Part shown: piece by piece, positions 17,992 to 28,450 of the stretch
Layout: every line of letters starts with the position of its first letter
How positions within the stretch are numbered: position 1 is the first letter of the stretch
Origin: Capsulimonadaceae bacterium
GTDB taxonomy: Bacteria; Armatimonadota; Armatimonadia; Armatimonadales; Capsulimonadaceae
Reading direction: 5' to 3'
DNA length: 64,000 nt
NCBI GenBank assembly: GCA_965215505.1
Contig: OZ244065.1
Location: forward strand, 4,064,001 to 4,128,000
Notes under the pieces: generated by a model
What the model was told of the DNA's origin: nothing
What the model saw: only the letters and a program-made list of their open reading frames with translations
Databases searched by the model: none
Made by a program: the position numbers and the translations under genes

Positions 17992-19076
17992 CGCGCCCGG
18001 CCCATGTCACTCTTGCCTATGTGCAAAAGCCAGTCGGCAAGCAGGGGCCGGGCCTGGGAGTCAAACGACAGCTTGGTCTTCTCCATCCGCCCCGCCCCGC
18101 GCGTCAGGATGCAGCCGAGGGTGTCGCCGGTGTTCTTCTTGTCCAGCCGCATGGCCGCCAGAATCCGCTCCGGGTCCGCCCCCGTCAGGACATCCTGGTA
18201 CGGCGCGTAGTAGGGCACCAGCCATTCCTGGAGGTCGTGAAAGTAGTCCTCGGACACCCAGCCGAGCTTAACGGAGAAGAAGGTCGCCGTCAGGACGCCC
18301 AGTGTCACCGAGATGCCGTGCGGGATGCCGTAGTCGGTCGCCGACTCGTAGGCGTGGCCGAAGGTGTGTCCGTAGTTCAGCAGGTTGCGGACGCCTTTAT
18401 CGAACTCGTCTTCCTCGATGAACTTCTGCTTGATCGCAAGAGAGTCCCAGACGATCTCGCGCAGCGACTCGGGGCGGGCCTCCCCACCGGTTAGCTTGGG
18501 ACGCAGGCGAGTGACCGCCTCCTCGCCCGCGATCAGGTGCAGCTTGATCGCCTCGCCCAGCCCGCTCCGGATCTCGTCATAAGGCAGTGAGCCTAACACG
18601 TCGAAGGCCAGCAGGACCTGATGCGGCGGGTAGAAGGTGCCGAGCTGGTTCTTGTAATGCCCGACATTGATGGAGCTTTTGCTGCCGATGCAGCTATCGC
18701 ACTGGGCGAGCAGGGTGGTGGGAACCAGGCTCCAGCGGACGCCCCGGAAGAGGGTGGAGGCGATGAAGCAGCTCAAGTCCTGCATGACGCCGCCGCCGAC
18801 GACCAGCAGCAGGCAGTCCCGCCGGAAGCCCGCGCCCAGCAGCCACTCGATGTGCGGGGCCAGGGCATCCAGGCTCTTCGCGCCCTCGGTCGCCTCGATC
18901 AGCCGGACGTTCTCGGGCGGCAGGGTGTCCGCAAAGGCTTCCGGGTACAGCCTGTGGACTTGGGCGTCCACGAGGGCGAAGGTGCGCCGCCCCTGGGCGG
19001 CGGCCTGGATGGCTTCGCGCAGTCCCGGCGCTTCGGTGACATCGTAAGGGTGGGATTTGCTCTGGATCTGCATCAT
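17988..19076 (-). CDS. 3-dehydroquinate synthase-like sugar-phosphate cyclase
   Basis: GGGVMQD, PTTLLAQCDSCIGSK, KNQLG, LNYGHTFGHA, HG. Confidence 0.85.
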   Translation of the reverse strand: MMQIQSKSHPYDVTEAPGLREAIQAAAQGRRTFALVDAQVHRLYPEAFADTLPPENVRLIEATEGAKSLDALAPHIEWLLGAGFRRDCLLLVVGGGVMQDLSCFIASTLFRGVRWSLVPTTLLAQCDSCIGSKSSINVGHYKNQLGTFYPPHQVLLAFDVLGSLPYDEIRSGLGEAIKLHLIAGEEAVTRLRPKLTGGEARPESLREIVWDSLAIKQKFIEEDEFDKGVRNLLNYGHTFGHAYESATDYGIPHGISVTLGVLTATFFSVKLGWVSEDYFHDLQEWLVPYYAPYQDVLTGADPERILAAMRLDKKNTGDTLGCILTRGAGRMEKTKLSFDSQARPLLADWLLHIGKSDMGRAR

Positions 19077-19085
19077 AGGGTGGGG

Positions 19086-19754
19086 TCAGCGGCAGGTGAA
19101 GCCGCCGTCTACTAAAATCGTCTGCCCCGTCAGGTAGGTGTTCGAGTCGCCGCACAGCCAGGCCACGAAGCGGGCAATCTCGGCCGGCTCGGCCAGCCGC
19201 CCGGCGGGGATCGTCGCCTCGATCTTCTCCAGGTCGGCGGGCGAGTTGTTCTGCCGCGTCAGGTCCGTCGCCACATAGCCGGGGCAGACCGAGTTGACCA
19301 GGACGCCGAAGGGGGCGAGTTCCACGGCCGCCGTCCGGGTCAGCCCGTTCAGGCCCGCCTTGACCATGCTGTAAGCCCCGCGCCGCTCCTTCGTCACGAC
19401 TCCGAAAATGGAGCTGATGTTGACGACGCGGCCCCAGCCCCGCGCCTTCATGCCGGGCGCAACGCCTTGAAGAAGCTGGAGTGGGGCGGTTAGGTCCACC
19501 TGCACCATCTCCGACCAGCCCTCGGGCGTAATGGCTTCTAGGTCGTTCAGGACGTTGATGCCGGCATTGTTGACTAAGATATCCACCGCCTCGCCGTGTT
19601 CGCCAAGCCAGGCGGCGATGGAGGCCGGGTCGGACAGGTCCAGCCTCGCCCGGCCCGCATCCAGGACGGACACGTCCTGCGCGCGCAGGGCATCGGCGAT
19701 GGCCGCGCCGATGCCTCGGGCCGCGCCGGTCACCAGGGCGATGCGCTGGGGCAT
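19086..19754 (-). CDS. Classical SDR oxidoreductase (FabG-like)
   Basis: TGAARGIG, NNAG, YSMVK, VDGG. Confidence 0.9.
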   Translation of the reverse strand: MPQRIALVTGAARGIGAAIADALRAQDVSVLDAGRARLDLSDPASIAAWLGEHGEAVDILVNNAGINVLNDLEAITPEGWSEMVQVDLTAPLQLLQGVAPGMKARGWGRVVNISSIFGVVTKERRGAYSMVKAGLNGLTRTAAVELAPFGVLVNSVCPGYVATDLTRQNNSPADLEKIEATIPAGRLAEPAEIARFVAWLCGDSNTYLTGQTILVDGGFTCR

Positions 19755-19758
19755 GGTT

Positions 19759-20568
19759 CTAGCCCTGCCCGTGGACGGCGGCGATGGACTTGGAGTAGCG
19801 CTCCTGCATCATCGCCAGGCGCGTGTCGTCCTCGCGGTGGATCGAGCCGTAGTAGTCCTTCTTGTTCTGGAGCCACATGATCTCGAACTCGACCGCCTTC
19901 AGGAACGCCTCCTGCCGGTTCTCCAGCGCGGCGGGGCAGCCGAAGACGACCTTGCGCGTCTCGTAGCGGTCGATGTGGCCGGGCGGGAAGGCCTGGAAGA
20001 AGGGCAGGGACAGGACGGACACGCCGCCGCCGACCACGACGTGCAGGCCCTTGGCCTTGGCCTTGGCGGCGACGTCTATACAGATCTTGAGGATACCGTC
20101 GTTGTTGACCGAGGTGCGGTCCAGCCCCATCGAGCCGGTCAGGTCCACGCGGCCCAGGACGATCCCGCTGAGGCTGCCGATCTCGGGGATTTCCAGCATC
20201 TTGTCGAAGTTCTCGATGGCTGTGATCGTTTCGAGGTTAATCAAATAGTCCATGTCCTCACGCTGGTCGTCGGGGAAGACCAGCTTGACGGCCTGCAAGT
20301 ACTTCTTGAGGGCGTAGGGCGTCTCCACCATCGGCGCGACCAGATGCTCGGTGCCAAGGCTTGCCGCCTCGATCATGTCCTTGATGGCCTCGCAGCCGCC
20401 GATCTTCAGGCTCAGGCCCAGGCCCGCCTTCAGGCTGACCTCTTTGAGACGCATCGCTTCTTCCAGGCGTGTCCCTTCGGCCTCGAACTCGGCCTTGACA
20501 CCCACCACGTTGTGGCTCTCGCGCATCTCGGTGAGGAGCGCGACCATTTTCTTTTCCAGGGCGTTCAC
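19759..20568 (-). CDS. HpcH/HpaI aldolase / citrate-lyase-family protein
   Basis: VAPMVE, INLET, GRVDLTGSMG. Confidence 0.75.
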   Translation of the reverse strand: MNALEKKMVALLTEMRESHNVVGVKAEFEAEGTRLEEAMRLKEVSLKAGLGLSLKIGGCEAIKDMIEAASLGTEHLVAPMVETPYALKKYLQAVKLVFPDDQREDMDYLINLETITAIENFDKMLEIPEIGSLSGIVLGRVDLTGSMGLDRTSVNNDGILKICIDVAAKAKAKGLHVVVGGGVSVLSLPFFQAFPPGHIDRYETRKVVFGCPAALENRQEAFLKAVEFEIMWLQNKKDYYGSIHREDDTRLAMMQERYSKSIAAVHGQG

Positions 20569-20590
20569 GATTATTCTCCTTTGCTCATCC

Positions 20591-22390
20591 CTATTCGGTA
20601 ATGAGGTTGCTTGCTAACTCTTCGCGGCTCAGGAAAGGCGCCATGTCTTCCAGGGGAGCCGACACCATCCGCCCATCATCCAGCTTCCGCGACGAGACTT
20701 TGGGCGCGAACTGCTGGCCCAGGTCCAGGAAGACCTCGCACATCTGCGGCCCGTCACCCGCCAGCGTTTCGCGCAGGGCGTCTTCCAGGTCAGCCGCCGT
20801 CCGGGCGGCGTGGTAGCCGAATCCACAGGCGTCGGCCAGTTTGTCGAAGGGGGCGAAAAACAGCCCGCTGTCGGGGCCGCAGCCGATCAGGTTGTCGGGG
20901 AAGTAGTTCTGCTGGGTCTGACGGATGGAATGATACCCCTGGTTGTTCAGGACGAAAAGCTTGATCGGCAGCCTGTGCAGGGCAATCGTCTGGAGTTCCG
21001 CCAGGTTCATCTGGATGGAGCCGTCGCCGGCCAGGCAGACGATCCGCTTGCCGCCGCTCCCGAAGGCCGCGCCGACGGCGGCGGGCAGGTCGTAGCCCAT
21101 CGAGGCGCAGCCGGAGTTCGTGTAGAGCCGCTGGCCGGGCTTGATGTTCGCGGCCTGGAAGGAGGTGACGCAGGCCGTCCCGTCCCCGGTCACGACAATC
21201 TGGTCCTCGGGCAACTGGCTGAACAGGGCGTCCATGAAGCAGTACGGGTTGATGCCGTTCTTGCTTTCCCAATACTCCGGCAGCGTAACCGGGTATTTGT
21301 GTACGCGCTCCCGGCACCAGGCCAGCCACTCGGAGTGCATCGCGGGGACGGGCCGGACGGGCTGACCGAGGAGCGTGTGCAAAACGTCGGCGACGTTCGC
21401 CTGGATCGGCAGGTCCGGGGACAGCGTCGGCTTTCGGAGTTCGGCGGCGTCAATGTCCACGACCACTTTATAGGCGCGGTGGGCGAAGTTCTCCCAGTTG
21501 TAGCTGATCTGCCGGACGTTCAGCCGGCTGCCCAGCACGAGCAGGAAGTCGGCGTTCTGGACGGCGAAATTGCCCGCCCGGTCCCCGATGGAGCCGGGCC
21601 GCCCGCTGTAGCCGGGGTGGGAGTTCGGAACCAGATCGTGGGCGTTCCAGGCGGTGACGATGGGAACGCCCCAGCGGTCGGCCAATGCCAGCAGTTCGGC
21701 CTGCGCGCCCGCCAGGCGGACGCCGGACCCGGCCATGATGACGGGCCGCTTGGCCTCGCCGCACATGCGCGCGATCTGCTCGCAGATCTGGGGCAGCCGG
21801 GCCGTGTCGTCCGATACGGGGCCTAGCTCGGCGGGGTCGAAGCCGGGCAGAGTGTCGGGGTCAACACTCGCGCCCTGGACGTTCATTGGGATGTCCAGCC
21901 AGACCGGGCCGGGCCGCCCCGCTTTCGCGAGGTACAATGCTTTTTCCAGATGGTAGCGGATGCTCTGCGGGTCGGTCACCATCTCGGCGTACTTGGTCAT
22001 CGGCGCGACGACTCGGACGATGTCAAGCTCCTGGTCGCCCAATTGCCGCAGGGGCAGGTCGGTGCTCCGGACGACCGTCTCCCACTTGACCTGGCCGGAG
22101 ATGACGATCATGCCGATGGAGTCGGTCCAGGCCCCCCAGACGCCCGTGATGGCGTTCGTCCCGCCCGGCCCGGTCGTGACATTGACGGCGGCCAGCCGGT
22201 TCGTCAGCCGGTAGTAGCTCTCGGCGGCCATAGCGCAGGCCTGCTCGTGATGGCAGCAGACGTACTTCAAGCCCTCGCATCGCCCGACGGCGTCATTGAG
22301 GTGCATGGCGCCGCCGCCGGTCACGAGGAAGATGTGTTCAATGCCGTGCCGCACCAGGGTCTGCGCGATGTAATCTGAGACTTTAATCAT
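20591..22390 (-). CDS. ThDP-dependent enzyme (acetolactate synthase large subunit / YerE-like)
   Basis: HHEQA, TTGPGGTNA, GRPGPVWLDIP, GDGS...NN ThDP motif. Confidence 0.92.
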   Translation of the reverse strand: MIKVSDYIAQTLVRHGIEHIFLVTGGGAMHLNDAVGRCEGLKYVCCHHEQACAMAAESYYRLTNRLAAVNVTTGPGGTNAITGVWGAWTDSIGMIVISGQVKWETVVRSTDLPLRQLGDQELDIVRVVAPMTKYAEMVTDPQSIRYHLEKALYLAKAGRPGPVWLDIPMNVQGASVDPDTLPGFDPAELGPVSDDTARLPQICEQIARMCGEAKRPVIMAGSGVRLAGAQAELLALADRWGVPIVTAWNAHDLVPNSHPGYSGRPGSIGDRAGNFAVQNADFLLVLGSRLNVRQISYNWENFAHRAYKVVVDIDAAELRKPTLSPDLPIQANVADVLHTLLGQPVRPVPAMHSEWLAWCRERVHKYPVTLPEYWESKNGINPYCFMDALFSQLPEDQIVVTGDGTACVTSFQAANIKPGQRLYTNSGCASMGYDLPAAVGAAFGSGGKRIVCLAGDGSIQMNLAELQTIALHRLPIKLFVLNNQGYHSIRQTQQNYFPDNLIGCGPDSGLFFAPFDKLADACGFGYHAARTAADLEDALRETLAGDGPQMCEVFLDLGQQFAPKVSSRKLDDGRMVSAPLEDMAPFLSREELASNLITE

Positions 22391-22414
22391 AAACCGTTCT
22401 ATCCCGATGCTAGT

Positions 22415-23461
22415 CTATCCCGAAACTACTCTGTTCCACTCGATGGTGCGCCGCAGCGCCTCGTCCAGCCCCACACGCACCTCAAGCCCTAGCTCGGTCC
22501 GGGCGCGCTCCGTCGAGGGCACATAGCGCGAGGCGGGCGTCCCGGCGACCGCCTCCTTGCCGATCAGCACCGGCGGGGCGGGCGTGAACCGCGAAGCGAC
22601 TGCCGAGGCCGTTTCCCCGATCGTCATCGCCTCCTCGGAGCCGACGTTGTAGGCACGGCCAGGCAGGCCGCGCAGCAGGATCGTCCACAGCCAGACGGCA
22701 AGGTCTGCGGCATAAAGGTAAGACCGGAACGGCGTCCCGTCCCCGCCGACCCGGACCGGGCCGCCCGCAAGCCCGTCGCGGATGAAGTTGCCGACCGCGA
22801 AGTGCGAGTCCAGCGGCAGGAACGGGCCGACGAAGGCGAAGCCGCGGGCGATGCCGACGTCCAGCCCGTGCTTCTCGGCGTAAACGGCGCAGAAGAGTTC
22901 CGCCAGCCGCTTACCTTCCCCGTAGGCCGCGCTTGCCTGCGCGCAGTCCGGCGCCCCGACATATTCCTCGGGGACGTGGCTGATGTCCGGCGGCTGCGCC
23001 CCATAGACCGCGCCCGACGAGGTCAGCAGGAACCGGCCCGCACCGCACTGCCGCGCGAATTCCAGGGTGCGCCGCGTCCCCTCGGTGATCGTCTCGATCA
23101 TGCCCAGCGGGTCATCGCGGTTCAAGGAGGCTTTCGCCTCGGTCGCGCCATGGACGACATGGGAAAACTCCCCCGGCGGAAACGGGAAGGAGCGGATATC
23201 ACCCTGATGGAACCCGATGGCCGGGTGCGCGGCCAGGCGTGGGTGCTTGGCCGCGAAGGCGGACGGGTTGCGCGTCAGTATCAGCGCTTCGGCCCCCAAA
23301 CCGAGCGCATCATTGGCCCAGGCGAAGCTTTCCAGAAGCCAGCAGCCGAAGAACCCCGTCCCGCCGGTGATGAACAGCCGCCGACCGCGCAGCCCCTCCC
23401 AGAGTTTCGCGGTGTGGGTCAGGACGTGGTCCAGGTCTGCGGCCAGCGGGTTGACGTTCAC
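22415..23461 (-). CDS. NAD-dependent epimerase/dehydratase
   Basis: [24 protein letters not shown] start coupled to the rfbH stop. Confidence 0.88.
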   Translation of the reverse strand: MNVNPLAADLDHVLTHTAKLWEGLRGRRLFITGGTGFFGCWLLESFAWANDALGLGAEALILTRNPSAFAAKHPRLAAHPAIGFHQGDIRSFPFPPGEFSHVVHGATEAKASLNRDDPLGMIETITEGTRRTLEFARQCGAGRFLLTSSGAVYGAQPPDISHVPEEYVGAPDCAQASAAYGEGKRLAELFCAVYAEKHGLDVGIARGFAFVGPFLPLDSHFAVGNFIRDGLAGGPVRVGGDGTPFRSYLYAADLAVWLWTILLRGLPGRAYNVGSEEAMTIGETASAVASRFTPAPPVLIGKEAVAGTPASRYVPSTERARTELGLEVRVGLDEALRRTIEWNRVVSG

Positions 23462-24780
23462 TCGTGCGACGCGCGCACGAAGTCGTGCAGGACCGAGAGC
23501 ATGTAGTCTTTGTGCGCGTCGCTCAGGCCCGGATAGACGCCCACCCAAAACACGTTGTTCATCACGAAGTCCGTGTTGTGGAGGTCGCCGATCTTGCGGT
23601 GGGCGATGCCGGCATAAGCGGGCTGTTTGAGCAGGTTGCCCGCGAACAGCAGCCGCGTCCCGATCTTCTTGGTGTCCAGGTGCCGCACTAGCTGGTCGCG
23701 CGTGAACGGCGCATCCTCGCGGACGGCGATGGGGAACCCAAACCAGGACGGGTCGGAGTTCGGCGTCGCCTGCGGCAGGATCAGATGCTCCTGCAAGTCC
23801 TGCAAGCCTTCATGCAGGTAGGTAAAATTGCGCCGCCGGGCCGCGATGAACTCGGGTAGCTTCTTGAGCTGCGAGACGCCCACGGCCGCCTGCATGTCCG
23901 TCACCTTCAGGTTGTAGCCGATGTGCGAATAGGTGTACTTGTGGTCATACCCGCAGGGCAGGTCGCCCAGTTGCCACTCGTACCGCTTGCCGCAAGTGTT
24001 GTCCTTGCCCGGCTCGCACCAGCATGCCCGCCCCCAGTCGCGGTATGACTCGGCGATGACTTTGAGCTTGACGTTGTTCATGAAGACGGCCCCGCCCTCG
24101 CCCATCGTGATGTGGTGGGCGGGGTAGAAGGAGGCCGTGGCGATGTCGCCGAACGTCCCGACCTTCTGGCCGTTGTAGCTCCCTCCGATGGCGTCGCAGC
24201 AGTCTTCGACGAGGTACAGGTCGTGCTTCTTGACGAACTCGGAGATGGCCGTCATGTTGCCGGGGTTGCCCAGGGTGTGCGCGAACATCAGGGCGCGCGT
24301 CTTGGGAGACAATGCCTCTTCGAGCTGCCGGATGTCCAGGTTATAGTCGGGGATAGTCACGTCAAGGAAGACCGGGACCAGGCCGTTCTGGATGATCGGG
24401 TTGACCGTCGTGGGGAAGCCCGCCGCGACCGTGATGACCTCATCGCCGGGTTTCAGCCGCCGGTCGCCCAAGGTAGGTGAAGTGAGCGTGGTCAGGGCAA
24501 CCAGATCGGCGGAGGAGCCGGAGTTGACCAGCAGGGCCTTGCGGACGCCGCAGAAGCGGGCGAACTCGCGCTCGAATTGGGTGGCGAAGCGGCCCGTGGT
24601 CAGCCAGAAGTCCAGGGTTGAGTCCATCAGGCTCTGCATGTCTGCGGCGTCGAAAACGCGGCCCGAGACGGGCACTGCGCTGACGCCCGGCACGAACTCG
24701 CGGGCGGCAAATGCCTCGTCGTGGTACTGGACCACCAGGTCTGCGATCTGCGCCCGGAGCGCGTCGGCTTTGTCCGTCAT
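23458..24780 (-). CDS. rfbH: CDP-6-deoxy-4-keto-hexose 3-dehydrase (E1)
   Basis: [14 protein letters not shown] (His in place of Lys), CWC...C Fe-S motif, YDHKY. Confidence 0.95.
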   Translation of the reverse strand: MTDKADALRAQIADLVVQYHDEAFAAREFVPGVSAVPVSGRVFDAADMQSLMDSTLDFWLTTGRFATQFEREFARFCGVRKALLVNSGSSADLVALTTLTSPTLGDRRLKPGDEVITVAAGFPTTVNPIIQNGLVPVFLDVTIPDYNLDIRQLEEALSPKTRALMFAHTLGNPGNMTAISEFVKKHDLYLVEDCCDAIGGSYNGQKVGTFGDIATASFYPAHHITMGEGGAVFMNNVKLKVIAESYRDWGRACWCEPGKDNTCGKRYEWQLGDLPCGYDHKYTYSHIGYNLKVTDMQAAVGVSQLKKLPEFIAARRRNFTYLHEGLQDLQEHLILPQATPNSDPSWFGFPIAVREDAPFTRDQLVRHLDTKKIGTRLLFAGNLLKQPAYAGIAHRKIGDLHNTDFVMNNVFWVGVYPGLSDAHKDYMLSVLHDFVRASHE

Positions 24781-24817
24781 TGGGAATCCTTCTAAGGTCC
24801 GCCCCCGGCGGTGGGGG

Positions 24818-25819
24818 TCAGGGCGTCAAAAACTCAGTATACCACCGGATCGTCTTTTCCAAGCCCCCGTTGAGTGTAAAAAGCGGCTCCCAGTCCAGCA
24901 TCCGGCGGGCCTTGGCGGCGCTCAGGTACTGGTGCTTGATCTCGTTGGAGGCCTCGTTGCGGACTTCCGGCGTCAGGTCCGACCCCATCAGCTCCAAGAT
25001 CTTGTGGGTCAGGTCCAGCACGGTCACCTGAAGCTCGTTGGAGAAGTTGAAGGCCTCGCCGCGCAGGCTCGGGTCCTTCGCCATGCTCTCGGCCAGCAGC
25101 ATGTAGGCCGCCGCACCGTCCTCGACGTAGAAGTAGTCGCGGATGAACGAGCCGTCGGAGCGGATGACCGGGGCCTGGCCGCGCAGGATGGAGCGGACGG
25201 TGCCGGGCACGATCCGGTTCCAGTTGAGGTCCCCCCCGCCGTAGAAGTTGCCGCAGCGGGTGATCGTCACCGGCAGGTCGTAAGACTTGGCGTAGGTGTA
25301 GGAGATCAGGTCGGCGCAGGACTTGGACACGTCGTAGGGGTGCTGGCCTTGCAGGGGCGTGGTTTCATCATACGGCAGGACCTCCTGGTCGCCGTAGGCC
25401 TTGTCCGAGGAGGCGATGACGATCTGCTTGACGCGCGGGGACCTCCGGCAGGCTTCCAGCAGCCGCCACGTCCCGGCGATGTTCGCCTCGAAGGTGGAAA
25501 CCGGGTTGCGGTTGGCGATGCCGACGATGGTCTGGGCGGCCAGGTGGATGACGGTGTCTATCTCGTGTTCGCCCAACGCGCGCTCCATCATCTCCTGGTC
25601 GGTGATGTCGCCCCGGACGATCTTCACCTTGTCCAGATGGCCCGACCGGACCAACTCGCAGTCGGGTATCCAGTCCCGGACGAGGCAGACGACGTCCGCG
25701 CCCGATGCCACCAGCGACTTCACCAGCCACCCGCCGACCAGCCCGGTCGCGCCGGTCACGAAGGTCGGGCGGTCCCGCCAAAAATCTTTATCTACTTTGT
25801 CTTTATCCGTTTGTATCAT
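24818..25819 (-). CDS. rfbG: CDP-glucose 4,6-dehydratase-like protein
   Basis: FW...[27 protein letters not shown]; follows rfbF. Confidence 0.8.
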   Translation of the reverse strand: MIQTDKDKVDKDFWRDRPTFVTGATGLVGGWLVKSLVASGADVVCLVRDWIPDCELVRSGHLDKVKIVRGDITDQEMMERALGEHEIDTVIHLAAQTIVGIANRNPVSTFEANIAGTWRLLEACRRSPRVKQIVIASSDKAYGDQEVLPYDETTPLQGQHPYDVSKSCADLISYTYAKSYDLPVTITRCGNFYGGGDLNWNRIVPGTVRSILRGQAPVIRSDGSFIRDYFYVEDGAAAYMLLAESMAKDPSLRGEAFNFSNELQVTVLDLTHKILELMGSDLTPEVRNEASNEIKHQYLSAAKARRMLDWEPLFTLNGGLEKTIRWYTEFLTP

Positions 25820-26583
25820 CAGACTTTCCAGGGCGCGCGGCCCGACTGCCACAGGTTCTCTAAAATCTTCTTCTCGCGCAGCGTATCCATGCACTGCCAG
25901 AAGCCTTCGTGCCGGAAGGCGGCGAGCTGGTTGTCGGCGGCCAGGCGCTCCAGGCCGTCCACCTCCAGGCTGCTCGCGTCGCCCTCCAGATAATCAAAGA
26001 CCTGCGGCTCCAGGACCATGAAGCCGCCGTTGATCCAGCCCTCGCCGATCTGCGGCTTCTCGCTGAACTCGCGCACCAGGTCGCCCTCAAAGACCAGCCC
26101 GCCAAAGCGAGACGGGGGGCGCACGGCGGTGATGGTGGCGAGCTTGCCGTGGGCGCGGTGGAACTCCAGGACTTTGCCGAGGTCCACGTCGCAGACGCCG
26201 TCGCCGTAGGTGACCATGAAGGCCCCGTCTTTGAGCCATCGCTCCAGCCGCTTCACCCGGCCGCCGGTCTGCGTACTCTGGCCCGTGTCCATCAGGTGGA
26301 CGTTCCAGTCCTCGGTGTCTTTCTCCAGGTCTTCTACCGTGCCGCTCGCGAGGTCCACGCGCAGGGAGCCGCCGAGGCTGTAGTGGTCCAGGAAGAAGCG
26401 CTTGATGACCTCGCCCTTGTACCCCAAAGCCAGGAAGAAGTCCTTGAACCCGTAGTGGGCGTAGGAGCGCATGATGTGCCAGACGATGGGGTGTTCGCCG
26501 ACCTCCACCATGGGCTTGGGCTTGATCTCGGTTTCTTCGGCCAGGCGCGTCCCCAAGCCTCCCGCCAGTACGACGACTTTCAT
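25819..26583 (-). CDS. rfbF: Glucose-1-phosphate cytidylyltransferase
   Basis: [39 protein letters not shown]. Confidence 0.97.
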   Translation of the reverse strand: MKVVVLAGGLGTRLAEETEIKPKPMVEVGEHPIVWHIMRSYAHYGFKDFFLALGYKGEVIKRFFLDHYSLGGSLRVDLASGTVEDLEKDTEDWNVHLMDTGQSTQTGGRVKRLERWLKDGAFMVTYGDGVCDVDLGKVLEFHRAHGKLATITAVRPPSRFGGLVFEGDLVREFSEKPQIGEGWINGGFMVLEPQVFDYLEGDASSLEVDGLERLAADNQLAAFRHEGFWQCMDTLREKKILENLWQSGRAPWKV

Positions 26584-26614
26584 GCTGTTCCCATTCTGAT
26601 GAGCCTTTGGATGA

Positions 26615-26742
26615 ACGAGCGATTGAAATCACTCGCTGCCGCCGGATTTGTCCAGGGGACAAGGGAGCGGAGTATAGGGAGCGATCCCTCCTCTTCTGTC
26701 CCCTGGACAGGTCCCCTTCAGCGAGTGATTTCACTCACTCGT
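26615..26742. mobile_element. MITE-like palindromic element, copy 1
   Basis: Terminal IRs ACGAGCGATTGAAATCACTCGCTG / CAGCGAGTGATTTCACTCACTCGT; inner IR TGTCCAGGGGACA / TGTCCCCTGGACA; second copy at 32769. Confidence 0.75.
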
Positions 26743-26788
26743 CCTGCTCCGGTCTTCGCCCACTCACCTGTTCTCTAACGACTTCTTC

Positions 26789-28354
26789 CTACCGCTTCTT
26801 GACGAGCGGCGGTGCGTCCCCAACCTCCGCCGGTGGCCGCGCGCCGCTGCCGTTGGCGGGCTTCGGCAGGGATGCGCCCGGCCCGGTCGCCCTGTCCCCG
26901 GCGCGCGGCGCGCGGGCGTAGTCCACCGCGACGGCAAGGAGGAAGGCCAGCACGACCGGCAGCAGGCAGAACAGGCCGAGGCGCGTCATGCCCGGCTCGC
27001 CGGTCGTGGGCGGGAGGGCGCTGTCGATGATCGACATCCGGCTCTGGGCCGAGGCGTTGTTGATCTTGATGCTCTGCGCCTGCGTCAAGGTTTCGCGCAG
27101 GATGTCCGCCTGGAAGCCGCGCTCGGCCTGGAGGCGGTCCAGCTCGAACGACAGGTCCCGGCTGACGCCCAGGCGGCGCTCGGCCTTCGCGATCTTGTCG
27201 AAGAGGGTCGCTTGCCGGGCGTAGAGCGAGTTGATGAGCTGGTCGTTGTTCAGGTCCGGAGTCGTCAGGCGCTCTTTGACGCCCTGGGTCTGGAGGTCGA
27301 GCTGCTTCTGGTCGGCATCCAGCCGCGTTTGCGCCGTGATGACGGCGGTGTTCTCCGGGCCGTAAAGGTTTGCGGCCGTGGTGTAGGCGATCCGGTCGTT
27401 GGTGACGCGGGTGCGGATGTCGGACAACTGCGGGTCGTCCGTCGGGAGGCGGGACAGGTCGCGGAGCTGGGCGGTGATCCCCTTCTCCCGCGCCAGCCGG
27501 GCGGCCTGGGCGGCGCGCAGGTCGGTCTGCACCACGTCGTACTGGCTGTTGAGCGTGTTCAGTGCGGCCGAGGCGGAGGCGGCGTCCGTGTCCGCGCCGG
27601 GCGTCGCGCCCTCGGCCGCCGACGTGCCGGAGCGGCCGCCGCCCGCCGAGCGCGGGTTGGCGCGCGCCACCTCGCGGCTGAAGTCGCGCAGCCGCTTCAA
27701 AGACTGGTTGTAGTCGGCCGTCGCCTGCCGCACCTGGGCGTCCGCCCCGTGCAGGAGGGCGGTGCCCTGGTCGCTGTCGCTGTTGATGAAGTAGTACTTC
27801 AGGGCGGCGGCGTAGGCGTTGGCGGCCTGGGCGGCGGCGTCCTCGACCTGTGCAGGCCGGGGAGCGTGCGTCAGGCTGAGGCGCGGGGAGCCGGGCAGGG
27901 TGACGCTGATGTAGAGCAGGCCGTCGGGGTTGTCCTCGGGCTTGACCCCTTTCGCCAGCAGGCCTGCGGCGGCGGCCTCCGAGGGCAGCGTCTTCGCGCC
28001 GTAGATCCGGGTGAGTTTGACCTGATGCTCCACCTGCGTCGCCATTTCGCGGCTCTTCAGGACGCCGATGTAGTGCTTGTTCCCGCCGCCCCCGCCGCCG
28101 CCGAGCAGGCCGGCCAGCCCGCCGCTCGCGGCCGGCTGCTGCATGGCGACGGAGACGGAGGCGGTGTAGGAGCGGGGGACCAGGAGCAGGGCCGCCGTCA
28201 GCAGGACGGCGAAGAGCAGCGGCCCCTTCCAGAGCCAGCCCCCGGCCTGCCGCCGGAATGCGCGTGCCAGGGCCGGCCCGTCTATAATGATTTCGTCTTG
28301 TTCCAATTTGTTAGCGGCGTTGTTTGCGGCGGACGGTTTCGGCGGCCGGGCCAT
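26789..28354 (-). CDS. Polysaccharide co-polymerase / chain-length determinant (GumC/Wzz-like, no kinase domain)
   Basis: N- and C-terminal TM helices flanking a long coiled-coil; YGPEN..V and IIDSALPP motifs. Confidence 0.8.
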   Translation of the reverse strand: MARPPKPSAANNAANKLEQDEIIIDGPALARAFRRQAGGWLWKGPLLFAVLLTAALLLVPRSYTASVSVAMQQPAASGGLAGLLGGGGGGGNKHYIGVLKSREMATQVEHQVKLTRIYGAKTLPSEAAAAGLLAKGVKPEDNPDGLLYISVTLPGSPRLSLTHAPRPAQVEDAAAQAANAYAAALKYYFINSDSDQGTALLHGADAQVRQATADYNQSLKRLRDFSREVARANPRSAGGGRSGTSAAEGATPGADTDAASASAALNTLNSQYDVVQTDLRAAQAARLAREKGITAQLRDLSRLPTDDPQLSDIRTRVTNDRIAYTTAANLYGPENTAVITAQTRLDADQKQLDLQTQGVKERLTTPDLNNDQLINSLYARQATLFDKIAKAERRLGVSRDLSFELDRLQAERGFQADILRETLTQAQSIKINNASAQSRMSIIDSALPPTTGEPGMTRLGLFCLLPVVLAFLLAVAVDYARAPRAGDRATGPGASLPKPANGSGARPPAEVGDAPPLVKKR

Positions 28355-28450
28355 GCGCCCGGTGGAGTGCGTGTCGATGTCTCTGTTGACGCTTTTGCGG
28401 GATTTTGAGTATAGCCCAAAAGCGGCCGTTTGTCAAATCCGGGCGGGGCC

